Below, one piece after another: positions 20,311-30,859 of a DNA stretch of 64,000 bases. Both the position numbers and the translations under genes were made by a program. Source of the stretch: Candidatus Bathyarchaeota archaeon (GTDB taxonomy: Archaea > Thermoproteota > Bathyarchaeia > Bathyarchaeales > Bathycorpusculaceae); the NCBI GenBank assembly GCA_963717465.1, contig OY970340.1, positions 2,144,001 through 2,208,000 on the forward strand, in the 5' to 3' direction. The notes under the pieces are model-generated. The model saw only the letters and a list, made by a program, of their open reading frames with translations. It was not told the origin of the DNA and ran no database searches. Position 1 is the stretch's first letter. Every line of letters begins with the position of its first letter.

Positions 20311-20622
20311 TTACACCATTAACATCGCTGTCAGCACTTGGTTAATGAAGTACACTGTATTTTGCACCATAAGACTCAAACTACTAAGAAGACTTGCACC
20401 TGCAGGAGTAAGAGCACCCGTGCTAGGTACAACCCAAATCGACAGCAAACTATCCACAAGCGATAAAACAGACAACAACATCGTCGAACTCAAGTAGACT
20501 AACTGACTGCCAGCAGGAGTAAGATAACCCGTGCCAGGTACAACCCAGAACGAAAGGATACCATTCATGAGAACCATGATAGAAGATATCATATTTACCA
20601 TCTGAACAATTATAACCGACAA
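20311..20622 (-). CDS. Small hydrophobic two-repeat protein, family B copy 2
   Basis: WVVPxTGxLTPAG twice, 37 aa apart; TTG 20622 after AGGAGGGAA; C-terminus VQNTV..INQVLT resembles LQNTV..MNNILT of 13946..14284. Confidence 0.8.
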   Translation of the reverse strand: MSVIIVQMVNMISSIMVLMNGILSFWVVPGTGYLTPAGSQLVYLSSTMLLSVLSLVDSLLSIWVVPSTGALTPAGASLLSSLSLMVQNTVYFINQVLTAMLMV

Positions 20623-20897
20623 ATTTTTCCCTCCTAACACATTTTTAAGCGAACCAAGAAGCCTAAAATCTCTTCAAAATCACAAAAAAGGAAAGAAACA
20701 ATCTAACGACAAGTCAGAAAGCCTGATGTCACTTTTCACGTCACTTTTGCTGCGCGCGCACATTCAAGCCAGCCAAATCCATCCGTCATCCGCCGTATTC
20801 TTGACTTCCATCAGTTTTCGCCAATAAGGATGAGTAACACAGAATTATTAACATGAGTGACTGTGATAAGTCAGCAACAAAACTATTACTTCAATTG

Positions 20898-22871
20898 TTA
20901 TTTTACTCTTTCAAGACGCAAAGAATTTAGCAAAAGAAGCAAAGTTAACCCATCGTCGCCGGATGCAACAGTAAACCATAACGGAATTAAACCTAAAAAT
21001 CCCAAGGAGCCCAAAATCATTTTTATAATCAGAGAAGCTGCAATGTTCTGCTTCGAGATAGCCATTGTCTTCTCGCTCAGTTCAATCAAGTATGGAATCT
21101 GCGCCAATTCATCATTAACCAGTACAATATCAGCTGATTCTAAGGCAATATCAACTTTTTTCCCGCCCATCGCAATACCTACATCTGAAGCAGCAAGCGC
21201 TGGAGCATCATTTACTCCATCTCCAACCATGGCAACTAAAGCTTCTTTACCCCTCATTTCTTCGACGAGTCTAAGCTTATCTTCCGGAAGCAAATCAGCA
21301 TAAACCTCATCAATTGATAATGTTCGAGCTGTCTCATTTGCGATTTCCTTTTTATCCCCAGTCAATATGGCGGTCTTAATACCTGATTCTTTTAGTGAAC
21401 GAACAGCTTTCAAAGCGTCTTCCCTAACTTCATCCTCAACGCAAACTGATGCCAAGCCTTCTCTACCGATAGAAACACATACTGCAGTGTGAATATCCTC
21501 TGAAGCGATTTCAAAGGCCTCAGTACAATCGCAGCCAAACTCCCTCATCAATTCAACGTTTCCAATAGCCACGTGTTTGCCGTCAACTAGTCCTACAATT
21601 CCTTTGCCAGGTACTTCTGCAACGTCAGAAACATGAATTTTGCTAAGATCAATCCCTTGCTCAAGTGCTCTCCTTACGATAGCTTGAGCTACAGGATGAT
21701 TCGAGTACTGATCTAAGGCTGCAGCGTAAGCTAACGCCTCCTCTTTTGTCCTATGAATGTCCACTTGTTTGAACTCATGAACCGATGGTCGACCCAACGT
21801 CAACGTGCCAGTCTTGTCAAAAACAACGGTCTTAACGTGTGCAAGTTTTTCTATGTATATGCCTCCTTTTATTATGATTCCCCGCTTAGCAGCGACTGTT
21901 ACCGCCATTAAAACGGTTGCTGGAACAGAAATAATAAACGCGCTTGGGCACGAAACAACCAAAAGGATAAGCGAACGGTAAAACCAAGTTTGAAAAGAAC
22001 CCCCTGTAATCAAAGGCAAGGCTAAAGCGGTAAAAATTGCAAGAGCTATCACAATCGGCACATAAATCCTTGCAAACCTGTCAATTAGTTTTTCCACCGA
22101 CGCCTTTTTCTTGCTGGACTCTATAACAAGCTGCGCTATTCTAGATACTAAGGCTTCACTAGCCTTTTTTGTGACAGATATCTTCAGGACGCCATCAGTA
22201 TTGAACGTGCCCCCATAGACGCTATCGTTTACCTTTTTTGGAACTGGAATTGATTCTCCAGTAACTAAGGCTTGATCAACATGCGAAAACCCATCAATTA
22301 CGGTGCCGTCTAAAGGGATTCTTTCTCCTGGACGAACAAGCAATACTACGCCTGGCTCAACCGCATTAACAAACACATTTCTTTCTTTGCCGTCAATTAT
22401 AACATGCGCTCGGTCAGGCAGGAACTTTTCAAGTTTTTCAACTGTTCGCCTAGCTCGATCTTGAATGTAACCTTCAAAGTATTCAGCTATGCAATATAGG
22501 AATAGTACAGTTGCTGCTTCAAAGCGATAACCCAAGAATAGGGCACCCAAACCAGCAACTGCCATTAAGAATTCCACAGAGAACCGTCTTTCTATAGCAA
22601 GTTCCTGTAAACCTATAACACCGATGTAAACTGCCGCGGTCAATATTGCAGCATAATACAAAATGAACGACACTGTTAAGCTTACGTTCAAGACTGGAAT
22701 GCTTTGATGCAAAGGAATCCCAGCGACGAAAAGATCCAACAAACCGCCAATAAGCATGGTTACGCCTAACCAGACTATGAAGAATACAAGCGTTTTTCTT
22801 GTAAGTCCCCTTTCACCTAATGCCGACTGCTCTTCATTTGCTTCTTCAGCGATATTCATTTTCATCTCCAA
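20898..22871 (-). CDS. Heavy-metal P1B-type ATPase (CPS motif)
   Basis: TGES, SCPSA, DKTGT, HP, TGD, GDGVNDAP. Confidence 0.93.
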   Translation of the reverse strand: MEMKMNIAEEANEEQSALGERGLTRKTLVFFIVWLGVTMLIGGLLDLFVAGIPLHQSIPVLNVSLTVSFILYYAAILTAAVYIGVIGLQELAIERRFSVEFLMAVAGLGALFLGYRFEAATVLFLYCIAEYFEGYIQDRARRTVEKLEKFLPDRAHVIIDGKERNVFVNAVEPGVVLLVRPGERIPLDGTVIDGFSHVDQALVTGESIPVPKKVNDSVYGGTFNTDGVLKISVTKKASEALVSRIAQLVIESSKKKASVEKLIDRFARIYVPIVIALAIFTALALPLITGGSFQTWFYRSLILLVVSCPSAFIISVPATVLMAVTVAAKRGIIIKGGIYIEKLAHVKTVVFDKTGTLTLGRPSVHEFKQVDIHRTKEEALAYAAALDQYSNHPVAQAIVRRALEQGIDLSKIHVSDVAEVPGKGIVGLVDGKHVAIGNVELMREFGCDCTEAFEIASEDIHTAVCVSIGREGLASVCVEDEVREDALKAVRSLKESGIKTAILTGDKKEIANETARTLSIDEVYADLLPEDKLRLVEEMRGKEALVAMVGDGVNDAPALAASDVGIAMGGKKVDIALESADIVLVNDELAQIPYLIELSEKTMAISKQNIAASLIIKMILGSLGFLGLIPLWFTVASGDDGLTLLLLLNSLRLERVK

Positions 22872-22978
22872 GCTAGCTTCTTCTAATATTAGCTTAGTGC
22901 TAAAATTCTATCAAAAAATATTTGCTTAATACTAATGGGCAAGTATAATATTAATATATAATTTAAGGTGAAAAATCA

Positions 22979-23377
22979 TTGACGGTTATCAGTATAACTT
23001 TGCCTCTTGAACTTTTAAGAAGATTTGACGCTTTCATGAATTCACGAGGGTATTACAGTAGGTCAGAGGCTTTCCGTGATGCAGTTAGAAGCCTTATGGG
23101 CGAGTCAGAACTTGCAAAACTTGAAACTGAAAGTGTTGCTGCAACAATAATGGTAACCTGTGATTATGCGAGGAAAGACGTTGATTTGAAAATGACGGAG
23201 CTAAGACATGAGTTCGACGATGTAGTAATAGAGAATGTGCATCGACATATTGGCGAAAAATATTGCTTGGAAATATTCATCACGCAGGGAAACAACGACA
23301 GAATCCTGAATCTGATCAACCGACTTCGTGGAATGCACGGGATTCAACAAGTGAAAGCCATGTTCATGGTGCTTTAA
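22979..23377 (+). CDS. nikR: Nickel-responsive regulator NikR
   Basis: RHH (ISITLP...YSRSEAFRDAVR) plus H...HRH...CLE ligands. Confidence 0.85.
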   Translation: MTVISITLPLELLRRFDAFMNSRGYYSRSEAFRDAVRSLMGESELAKLETESVAATIMVTCDYARKDVDLKMTELRHEFDDVVIENVHRHIGEKYCLEIFITQGNNDRILNLINRLRGMHGIQQVKAMFMVL

Positions 23378-24375
23378 TGTTTTTGCATAAATTGTTTATA
23401 AACTGGGTGGCCTTTAAAGCGCAGATTTGTTTCAGATTTTTCAGTTGTCCCGCTTGGTAATCGCATGCAGATGGATTGAACGATTGCGCCTTCATGAATT
23501 AATCTAACACCGTCCAAGAGTTCTCCCTTTGTAATTCCTGAAGCTGCAAAAACTAGCTCCTTGCCTTTTGCTAGTTCATCCTGATTATATATTTTATCCA
23601 CATCCACTCCCTCGTTCTTTAAACGATCCATTCTTCGCGCATCATCTTTTTTGTCTTTCCAAACTTTAATCAGCATACTTCCTCCTAAGCATTTTACAGC
23701 TGTAGCAGCAATAGTTGCTTCAGGTCCTGCACCTGCACCAATTAATAGATCAATGCCTGATTGAGGAATACAAGATACAACTGCGCCTGCAATATCACCA
23801 TCTGGAATAAGTATTATTCTTACGCCTAACTTGCGCAGTGTTTTTAGTAATTCTGTGTGTCTTTCGCGTTCAAGCATTATAACCGTAAGGTTTCCAATGG
23901 GTAAATTTTTTTGCCGTGCTACTGTGCTAACAATTTCTTCAATAGACATATCTAAAGATAATTTCCCAGCTGACTGATAATCTGTGGCTATTTTAAAATA
24001 ATACCCATCATCCGGCAAGACTTGGAAGCAGCCTACAGGTGCGCAAGCTAAAGCGGAAATTGCGTCTTTGCTTCCTTTACTAACTGCTGTAGTGCCATCT
24101 ACGGGGTCAACTACGAATTCTAATCTTGGACCTTGACCAGTCCCCACTTTTTCCCTGAATTGGAAAGCGGGTGCATTATCTTTTGGTCCTTCACAGCAAA
24201 TTATGTTACCATCCATGTCTGTCTGAGCCAGAACAGCTCGCGAAAACTCTATTGCAGTTGCGTCGATTAGGTCGCAGTCGCCCTGTCCTATGTGGAGAGC
24301 TGCCCCTATTGCTGCCGCAACTGTTATTCTTGTTAAAGATGGAGCCAAAGCTCTAAGAGAAACCAAGATATTCAA
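23374..24375 (-). CDS. glpX: Fructose-1,6-bisphosphatase class II
   Basis: CEGPKDNAP, VDPVDGT, RERH, DGDI, GAGPE, ASGIT. Confidence 0.9.
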   Translation of the reverse strand: MNILVSLRALAPSLTRITVAAAIGAALHIGQGDCDLIDATAIEFSRAVLAQTDMDGNIICCEGPKDNAPAFQFREKVGTGQGPRLEFVVDPVDGTTAVSKGSKDAISALACAPVGCFQVLPDDGYYFKIATDYQSAGKLSLDMSIEEIVSTVARQKNLPIGNLTVIMLERERHTELLKTLRKLGVRIILIPDGDIAGAVVSCIPQSGIDLLIGAGAGPEATIAATAVKCLGGSMLIKVWKDKKDDARRMDRLKNEGVDVDKIYNQDELAKGKELVFAASGITKGELLDGVRLIHEGAIVQSICMRLPSGTTEKSETNLRFKGHPVYKQFMQKH

Positions 24376-24515
24376 CTCCTAATACTCTGAAAATGTACCT
24401 TTTCCTAATAAATTAATATTCTGCCAGCATGATTAATTTTTGAAGCGAAGAGAAATCATTTTTTGCAGCTTCATTAAACTGGCTAAAATAGACTTGATGT
24501 AGTACATAAAAGGAT

Positions 24516-25095
24516 TCATTTTAATGTGTAATATGACTCGCTGAAACATGGTTTACAGTAAACTTTTCCGTCAAAGGTATTTGATAAATCTGAAGGACAC
24601 AACTCGTTGCACTTGGAGCACAAAGAGATTTTACCTGACTCGAGGCAGCTAGTTTGTAATTTATCTACGTGAATTTCTTGAATCACCAAGTATTTTTCTT
24701 CTAAATTTAAAAGTTGATTAGACAAATTATGTTCTTCTTCTTTTGTTAACCTTCCAAGGCGCATCATCCAATTATTCAACAGTGAAGAATGTTTTTTTGC
24801 ATCTTCTTTCAATGCTATGCGAATGCCTTTTTTGGTTGTTGAATCTGCTAACGTAAGAGCAAGTTTACCATAATTCACAAGATTAATGCTGTTATGCCCA
24901 AGAGTGCAGACCCGTAGCAACTTGAATTGCATCAGGAAGACATCTGTTTGTCTCGCTTACAGCAATAAGCGCTTTATTGCCTTTTGTCATTTTCAATCTT
25001 TGCAAAGCAATTTCGCTCATTCTAAGACCTAAAGCGATGCCGGGTGAGAGATGACCATGCAAGGCAACTGCAGTTTCAATTGTCGCGTTATCCAT
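24516..25095 (-). CDS. FmdE family protein (frameshift near 24910)
   Basis: HGHLSPGIALG, CLPDAIQVATG/CTLG, C-terminal CxxC...CxxC. Confidence 0.8.
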
Positions 25096-25310
25096 TGAAT
25101 TATCAGTCCGCTTCAAAAATACTTGAATTCAAAATATATGTTTTTGGCTTCGAATTTGTCAGCGCGTTAATTAACATTTTTGAGGATGCACTCTGGCGTC
25201 GTAGTGGGGATAAGAGATCGCATAAAAACAGGTTCCTGAAAAATCATCGAGACAATTCAATCGCTGAATGGTAATAATCTTTTATTAGTTTGTTTCATAT
25301 AATTTTAACT

Positions 25311-25730
25311 ATGTACGAAGGATACGTACTTTTCTGCAACAAGAAATCTCAACAAGAATGCTTGACGAAAAAGCTTTTTGCGTGTGCAGATCAAAAGGCT
25401 TCAAGCAGAATCAGAGTTGGTGACATCGTTTTTTTGTATAATGTAGAAAGCAGAAGTTTGATTGGACCTTTTACAGCTTTGACTCCTAGAGGTGACGAGT
25501 TAGATTCGGGTGCGTGGGCAATGGATGTTGAAGAGCGCATTCCCTACGAAGATATAAAAGTAACCTGGGAAGACCTTCACATACTCTATGACGCTCCATC
25601 TGTTCTTCCTTTTCTTGAAAATCTTAAAACGTGCGTTTTGACGCAGAATCAGACCCAGCGAATATTAGATTTGCTGAAGAATAGTGAATTCTACGTTAAC
25701 TCAAAGCAAAGAGAAGCTGCTATGCCTTAG
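25311..25730 (+). CDS. DCD (EVE/PUA-like) domain protein
   Basis: GYVLFCN...ECL..KLF, IRVGDIVFLYN...LIGPF.A, LD..AW. Confidence 0.65.
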   Translation: MYEGYVLFCNKKSQQECLTKKLFACADQKASSRIRVGDIVFLYNVESRSLIGPFTALTPRGDELDSGAWAMDVEERIPYEDIKVTWEDLHILYDAPSVLPFLENLKTCVLTQNQTQRILDLLKNSEFYVNSKQREAAMP

Positions 25731-25902
25731 AATCAGCTATTTTCTTCGTTTGTAAACATAAAATCTTGTGGCAGTTAATGCACCTAGTGAGAACAAGCTC
25801 AAAACCATTTAGAATGTCTAGACGATTCTGCGTATAATGTCTCTCTCGTGCATGATTGCAGTTTAGCTGCTTTACTAAAAACGCATCTTTCTCCTCGTCC
25901 AT
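25720..25902 (-). CDS. Small putative Zn-binding protein
   Basis: CNH...H...RCINCHK. Confidence 0.5.
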   Translation of the reverse strand: MDEEKDAFLVKQLNCNHARERHYTQNRLDILNGFELVLTRCINCHKILCLQTKKIADSKA

Positions 25903-26227
25903 TTCTACCTACTCATAAAAAATCAGATTTAAGAGCTTAAAAAGCTTATTAAAAAAATCGAAATATTAAAACGAGTCAACTTAAAATTCATTTTTGATTT
26001 CGCTTTCTCAGTAGTTTTAAGCTTTAGCTTCTTGAAAAATTTGCTATACTAAGCAACATAGGAAAGATTTCAGAAGAAAATATGATGATCTTAAAAGAAT
26101 AATGTGCGTAAAGTAAAGCGTTATTTTGTAGTAAAATCGGAGGCAAAAAAGCTCAATTAACTGGTTAGCGGTGAAACCGCAAACCTTATTTAACGATGTA
26201 AGCGCATTATTAAAACACGTGATAAAT

Positions 26228-27953
26228 ATGGTTAATGATGTTAAAAAATGGGACATGGAAGTGGACGTTGTTGTCGTGGGTTCTGGGGCTTCTGGTTTAT
26301 CCGCAGCTAACGTAGCGCATCTTGAAGGCTCAAAGAAGGTCGTCGTTCTGGAGAAGACTGATCTGATTGGCGGAGCTACAACTTATTCTGGAGCTGGCGC
26401 GTGGGTTCCTAATAATAAATTCCTCCGAATGGGCTTCAAAGTGGAGGTTTGGGATCCGGTAAAGAAAGTCTGGAATTGGAAGCGAATCGATAACGAAGAA
26501 GGCCGACAGATGGCACTAAGGTACGCAAAAAGATGCTCACTCGGATATTCAACTGATGAACTCATAGAAACTTATGTGGATAATGCGTGGAAGATGGCTG
26601 ACTATCTTGAAGAGCATACTCATCTGAAATGGGCTCATACGAGATTTATGCCTGAGTACTATCCTGAATGGGATGGCGCAATAAAAGCAGGAAGAACCAT
26701 CGAGCCTATATGCTTTGACACTAAGACTATGCCGCCTGAACTGGTTGAGAAACTTCGTATTATGCCACAGGGCTTTCCAGTTCTGATTGATGAAAATGAC
26801 AAGTGGGGAGGACTTAACACCATTGGCACCGAAGGCGCATGGGACTTTGGAATTGTAATGGAAAGAGGTAACAATCAAATTGTCTCCATGGGGCTTGCTT
26901 TGATAGGGCTGTTAGCCTGGTCATGTTGGGATAATAAAATCGACATCATGACTAAAACTCCTGCTAAACGATTAGTCGTTGAGAATGGTAGGGTTATCGG
27001 CTTAGTCGCAGAGAAAGATGGCAAGGACTTCGCAATCCGTGCAAAGAAAGGAGTAATCATGTGCGCTGGAGGATTTGAATGGAACCCGAAATTTGTCAAG
27101 ACCTTTACAAGAGGACCATATGATGGACCAATGCCTGGGCCACACAACACTGGCGATGGACAACGTATGGGCATGGAAGTTGGAGCACAAATGTCACAGA
27201 TGCAGGATGCATGGTATTTCCCGACATGTTACTACCCTGGAGATACATATGAAGGTAAACCATCTTACAGAACCATCATGTACGATAAAGTTGCTCCTGG
27301 AACAATATGGGTCAACAAATATGGAAAACGATTCACAGACGAAGGTCAAAACTACAGAAGTGTAATGAGAACATTGCAACAATACGATGCAATAAAACAT
27401 GAATGGACGAACCATCCGTCCTACATGATTTGTGACGAGTTTGCCCATAAAACTCATTTGATCGCACAGATTCCATTTGACCAAGACCTGCCAGATCCTC
27501 CGTTCAAGAAAGGAAATACGCTAAAAGAGTTGGCTGAGAAGTGCGGTATGGATCCAGCTGGCTTAGAGGAGACAGTGAAGAACTTTAACAAGTTTGCTAA
27601 GCAAGGCAAGGACCCAGAGTTCCATCGCGGCGAAAGCTATTATGACTGGTTCTACGGAGACAAAATAGGTGAAGCACGAGGCATTTACAAGCATTCAGCC
27701 TTAGCACCAATTGAAAAACCACCGTTCTATGCAATTCAGGTTCTTCCAGGATGCTCTTGGCACAGCAGGCGGCATAGCGATTAACAAAGATGGTCAAGCG
27801 CTCGATTGGAATGATAAACCAATACCAGGTCTGTATCAGCAGGAAACACTCAGTGGATGTGTTTTAGGCTGGGGCTATCCAGGTGGCGGCTCCACAATTG
27901 GGCCAGCTTTAACAATGGGTTACTTAGCAGGCAAAGCAATCAATAAACAATAA
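26228..27953 (+). CDS. FAD-dependent oxidoreductase, FAD_binding_2 family (KstD-like; frameshift near 27760)
   Basis: VVVGSGASG, GGATTYSG...W.PNN, GGFEWN, NTGDG, F.RGES.YD, YPGGGSTIGPA. Confidence 0.85.
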
Positions 27954-28304
27954 AAATAAATCCTAGTTGGCTTTTTACTTTTAAATACTCATTGCGTTTC
28001 ATCTTAAATCAAAGCTATTTATTAATTTGCTCAATTTTTTTAGACTTCTTGAGAATAAATGAGAAATTCCGTTTTAACAATCTAGTTTTACGGCTTCAAT
28101 TATTCCTGATGATTCTTGTCAGAGGATATTGTTCTTAACATTGCCCCAATCATAAATTAAATCTAAGCAAGAAAAATAATCAGATTAACTTCCAAGTAAC
28201 AAAGCTGAAGTCAGAAAAACCAAGCTTCTAAGAAATAAATCAATAACTTTTAAATTAAAATAAAATAAAAAAAGATAAAGAACGAGTATTTTTCTCTTTG
28301 TCGC

Positions 28305-29670
28305 TTATCCCCAAGCTGGGTAATCAAAGCCTAGGTCTTTGAATTCTTTTGTCATTCTCTTATAGAGATCGGCGTAACTTGGTTTCATTTTTAGAGTTTC
28401 TGCGTCATAGTAGTCGTACAAGCTGGCTGGTTTAATTTCATAGAAAGGCGCAACATGAGGTTCATATTTTTTGAGAAGGTCTTTTATTACCTTTACTCCT
28501 TCGCTTACTTTCATTCCGGCTGCTGCTCTTGTTACTTCACTTCCAAATCTTGCCTCTAAAGCAGGTTGACCGCCAATCATCCACATTCCTTCCATACCGG
28601 ATATGCATGAAGTAATGCAACTGCATGCTGCTGCATACCAACTGATGTCCGTGGTAAATTGTGGAGTTATGCCTAATCCACTTGAAATCCATGGTGATCC
28701 TATGTTTCTGTCTGCGGACTAAAGCCATTGCTGAGTTAGTCCAGAAAACATCATACCCTTCAAATCGAGTGTTAATTGTGTTGCTCATAGCTTGTGTAAA
28801 TGAACCGTCTGCATAAGCCATTTGACCTAATGAGTGAGCCATTCCTTCAACGGCTGCTGTTTCAGGGCAACTGATATAGGCGTATAAGTGTAGGGCTGCA
28901 ACTCTGCCAAGGAATGATTTGATGCTGCATAGCAAAGTAGGCAAGATTAACTCTGTCAAGAACAATCTCATATCTTGCAATATGTGTACTGGCATCATCA
29001 TGTTCTCTTTAGTGTAGTATCCAGGATCAAAGGCTGAGATTAATGCAATCATGCTTGTTGCTGTCTGAGGAATGCCTAAATGCAGACCAGGCCTTCCTGC
29101 AGCGCGTGCTCCTGCAGTCATTAATTCTGCTTCAGTGTGAACCATGAGTGACTCTGTAGGTGTTCCTCCTGTAGGTTTTTGACCAAAGGATGCCTCGATT
29201 ACAGCAGGCATCATTCCGTCCGTCGTCGGCTCTTTAGCAGTTAGATAAACAGAATCTCTCCATTGTTGTATGTCGCTTCCTCTCCACCCGCCAGCGTTAA
29301 GGCAGTATGGATGTTGCTTATCCTCTGGATGTCTCGGACGCCAATGTATTGTATCTCTGCCTGATCCAAACACCAACTCCTTCTTTCGTGTTTTGGCAAC
29401 TTCTCTAAGTTCATTTTCTTGGAATTTGACAATGTGTTTAGTTTCTTTACAGTATAATCCGGCTTGAACTAGTAATTGTATGCCTGCTTCAAATATAGCA
29501 TCAGCCATTTGATTATCAGTCAAAATTGGCTCGCCTGGCTCCCATTTAATCTTGAAATCTTTAACGATCTGCTCTAGTATTCCTGGAAGATACGTTGTCT
29601 CAAATTCGTCTTCTTTCATTATCTGACCAGTTCTGCTTCTTTCTAAAACTTCCCATAATAAATGACCCAT
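28305..29670 (-). CDS. MtmB-family corrinoid methyltransferase without pyrrolysine (three indels)
   Basis: ERSRTG, ADAIFEAG, AGRPG, EARF...AAAGMK; indels near 28960, 28885 and 28719. Confidence 0.8.
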
Positions 29671-29901
29671 ATTTTTCACCTTTAGGTGATGGAAAGGTTC
29701 GCAAGCAGGTATATAATTTTTTTGCAAATCACATTTTTAATGATAATGAGCATGCGTTGCACTTATCTGTATCATGCTACCAACTTTGTCAACCAAAGGA
29801 GTTCGCGATAGAACTTTTGAGAGACAGACACAAAAATTCTAAACCGCAAAATATAATAATAGAACAATTATAAAATGATTGCACAAACGGATGTGTCATA
29901 A

Positions 29902-30096
29902 ATGGTCGATTTAAAACCAAAATATTATGTAATAAAAGATAAAGTGCACATAATGCCAACTCCGCCTAACTGTTGGGAATCGTACACTGGACTAGAGAAA
30001 TTATACGAGTCCATACCTGCTGGAAAAGAAAAATGCAAAGAATGCTTTGAGAAACCCTATTCCAGGAGTTTGCCAGATAATCCTAACTTAAAATAA
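29902..30096 (+). CDS. Small protein with H..C..CxxC motif
   Basis: 64 aa; appears to start the + strand methyl-transfer run. Confidence 0.55.
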   Translation: MVDLKPKYYVIKDKVHIMPTPPNCWESYTGLEKLYESIPAGKEKCKECFEKPYSRSLPDNPNLK

Positions 30097-30145
30097 ATTC
30101 TTAAACTTTAAGAGACTGTCACATTTACATTACAGGTGACGATGG

Positions 30146-30598
30146 ATGCCGAAATATCAAGAAACATGGACTGTAAAAGCGCCGTCAGATAAATGCTGGG
30201 CTTTCTTTAGCGACTTGAAGAATCTCGCTTCATGCATGCCCGGTTTCATTAATTTAGAAATAATTGACGATAAAAGCCAAATTTGGACAATAGACGTTGA
30301 AGTATCGAGAATGAAAAGACAAGCAACATTTAAAGGGTTTATCCAGGAAATGAAACCGCCGACCTATGCAAAATTCACATTAGAAGGCATATCTGAAAAA
30401 TTAAGTGGAAGTGGAACTGCAAGTGTAGAGGCTGCTGGTCCAAACGAAACCAAAGTTTCATTCTTCCTCGACGTTGAAGCTACAGGACTCTTGAGAGCCG
30501 TAATAAACCCTGCAATCAAGGGAACCGTGGAAAAGATGGGCAAGGGTTTCGTTGCAAATTCAACAGCCGCGCTGGAAGGCAAACCAAAACCGAAATAA
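30146..30598 (+). CDS. CoxG/SRPBCC (START-like) ligand-binding protein
   Basis: AP.D.CW.FFSD..NLASCMPG; C-terminal amphipathic helix. Confidence 0.8.
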   Translation: MPKYQETWTVKAPSDKCWAFFSDLKNLASCMPGFINLEIIDDKSQIWTIDVEVSRMKRQATFKGFIQEMKPPTYAKFTLEGISEKLSGSGTASVEAAGPNETKVSFFLDVEATGLLRAVINPAIKGTVEKMGKGFVANSTAALEGKPKPK

Positions 30599-30859
30599 AT
30601 TCCTTGAAGAGTCTAAATTTAAAACTCGAAATAAACTCCAATTTTCTGGCTCTCCTTTTTTGTGTTTTAGAAAATTCTTGTTGTGTTGATACGTTGACTG
30701 TATCTTTGCTTCGATATTGCATGTCAAAACAAGTACCTATCTGCCTACATATCGTCAATACCTTTATCTCAATCTTTCGATTGCTTAAACTTTACGCAAA
30801 ATTTTTATAAGGGACGCTAACATACCTGACGAACAGCGAATCTAAAATGGTGAAAATTT

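Noticed and set aside
22872..22978. NikR operator
   Set aside because: Only AT-rich imperfect inverted repeats with non-canonical spacing; not distinguishable from promoter background
29070..29080. Amber/pyrrolysine read-through in mtmB
   Set aside because: The codon at the Pyl position is GGC; the ORF breaks are frameshifts, not TAG
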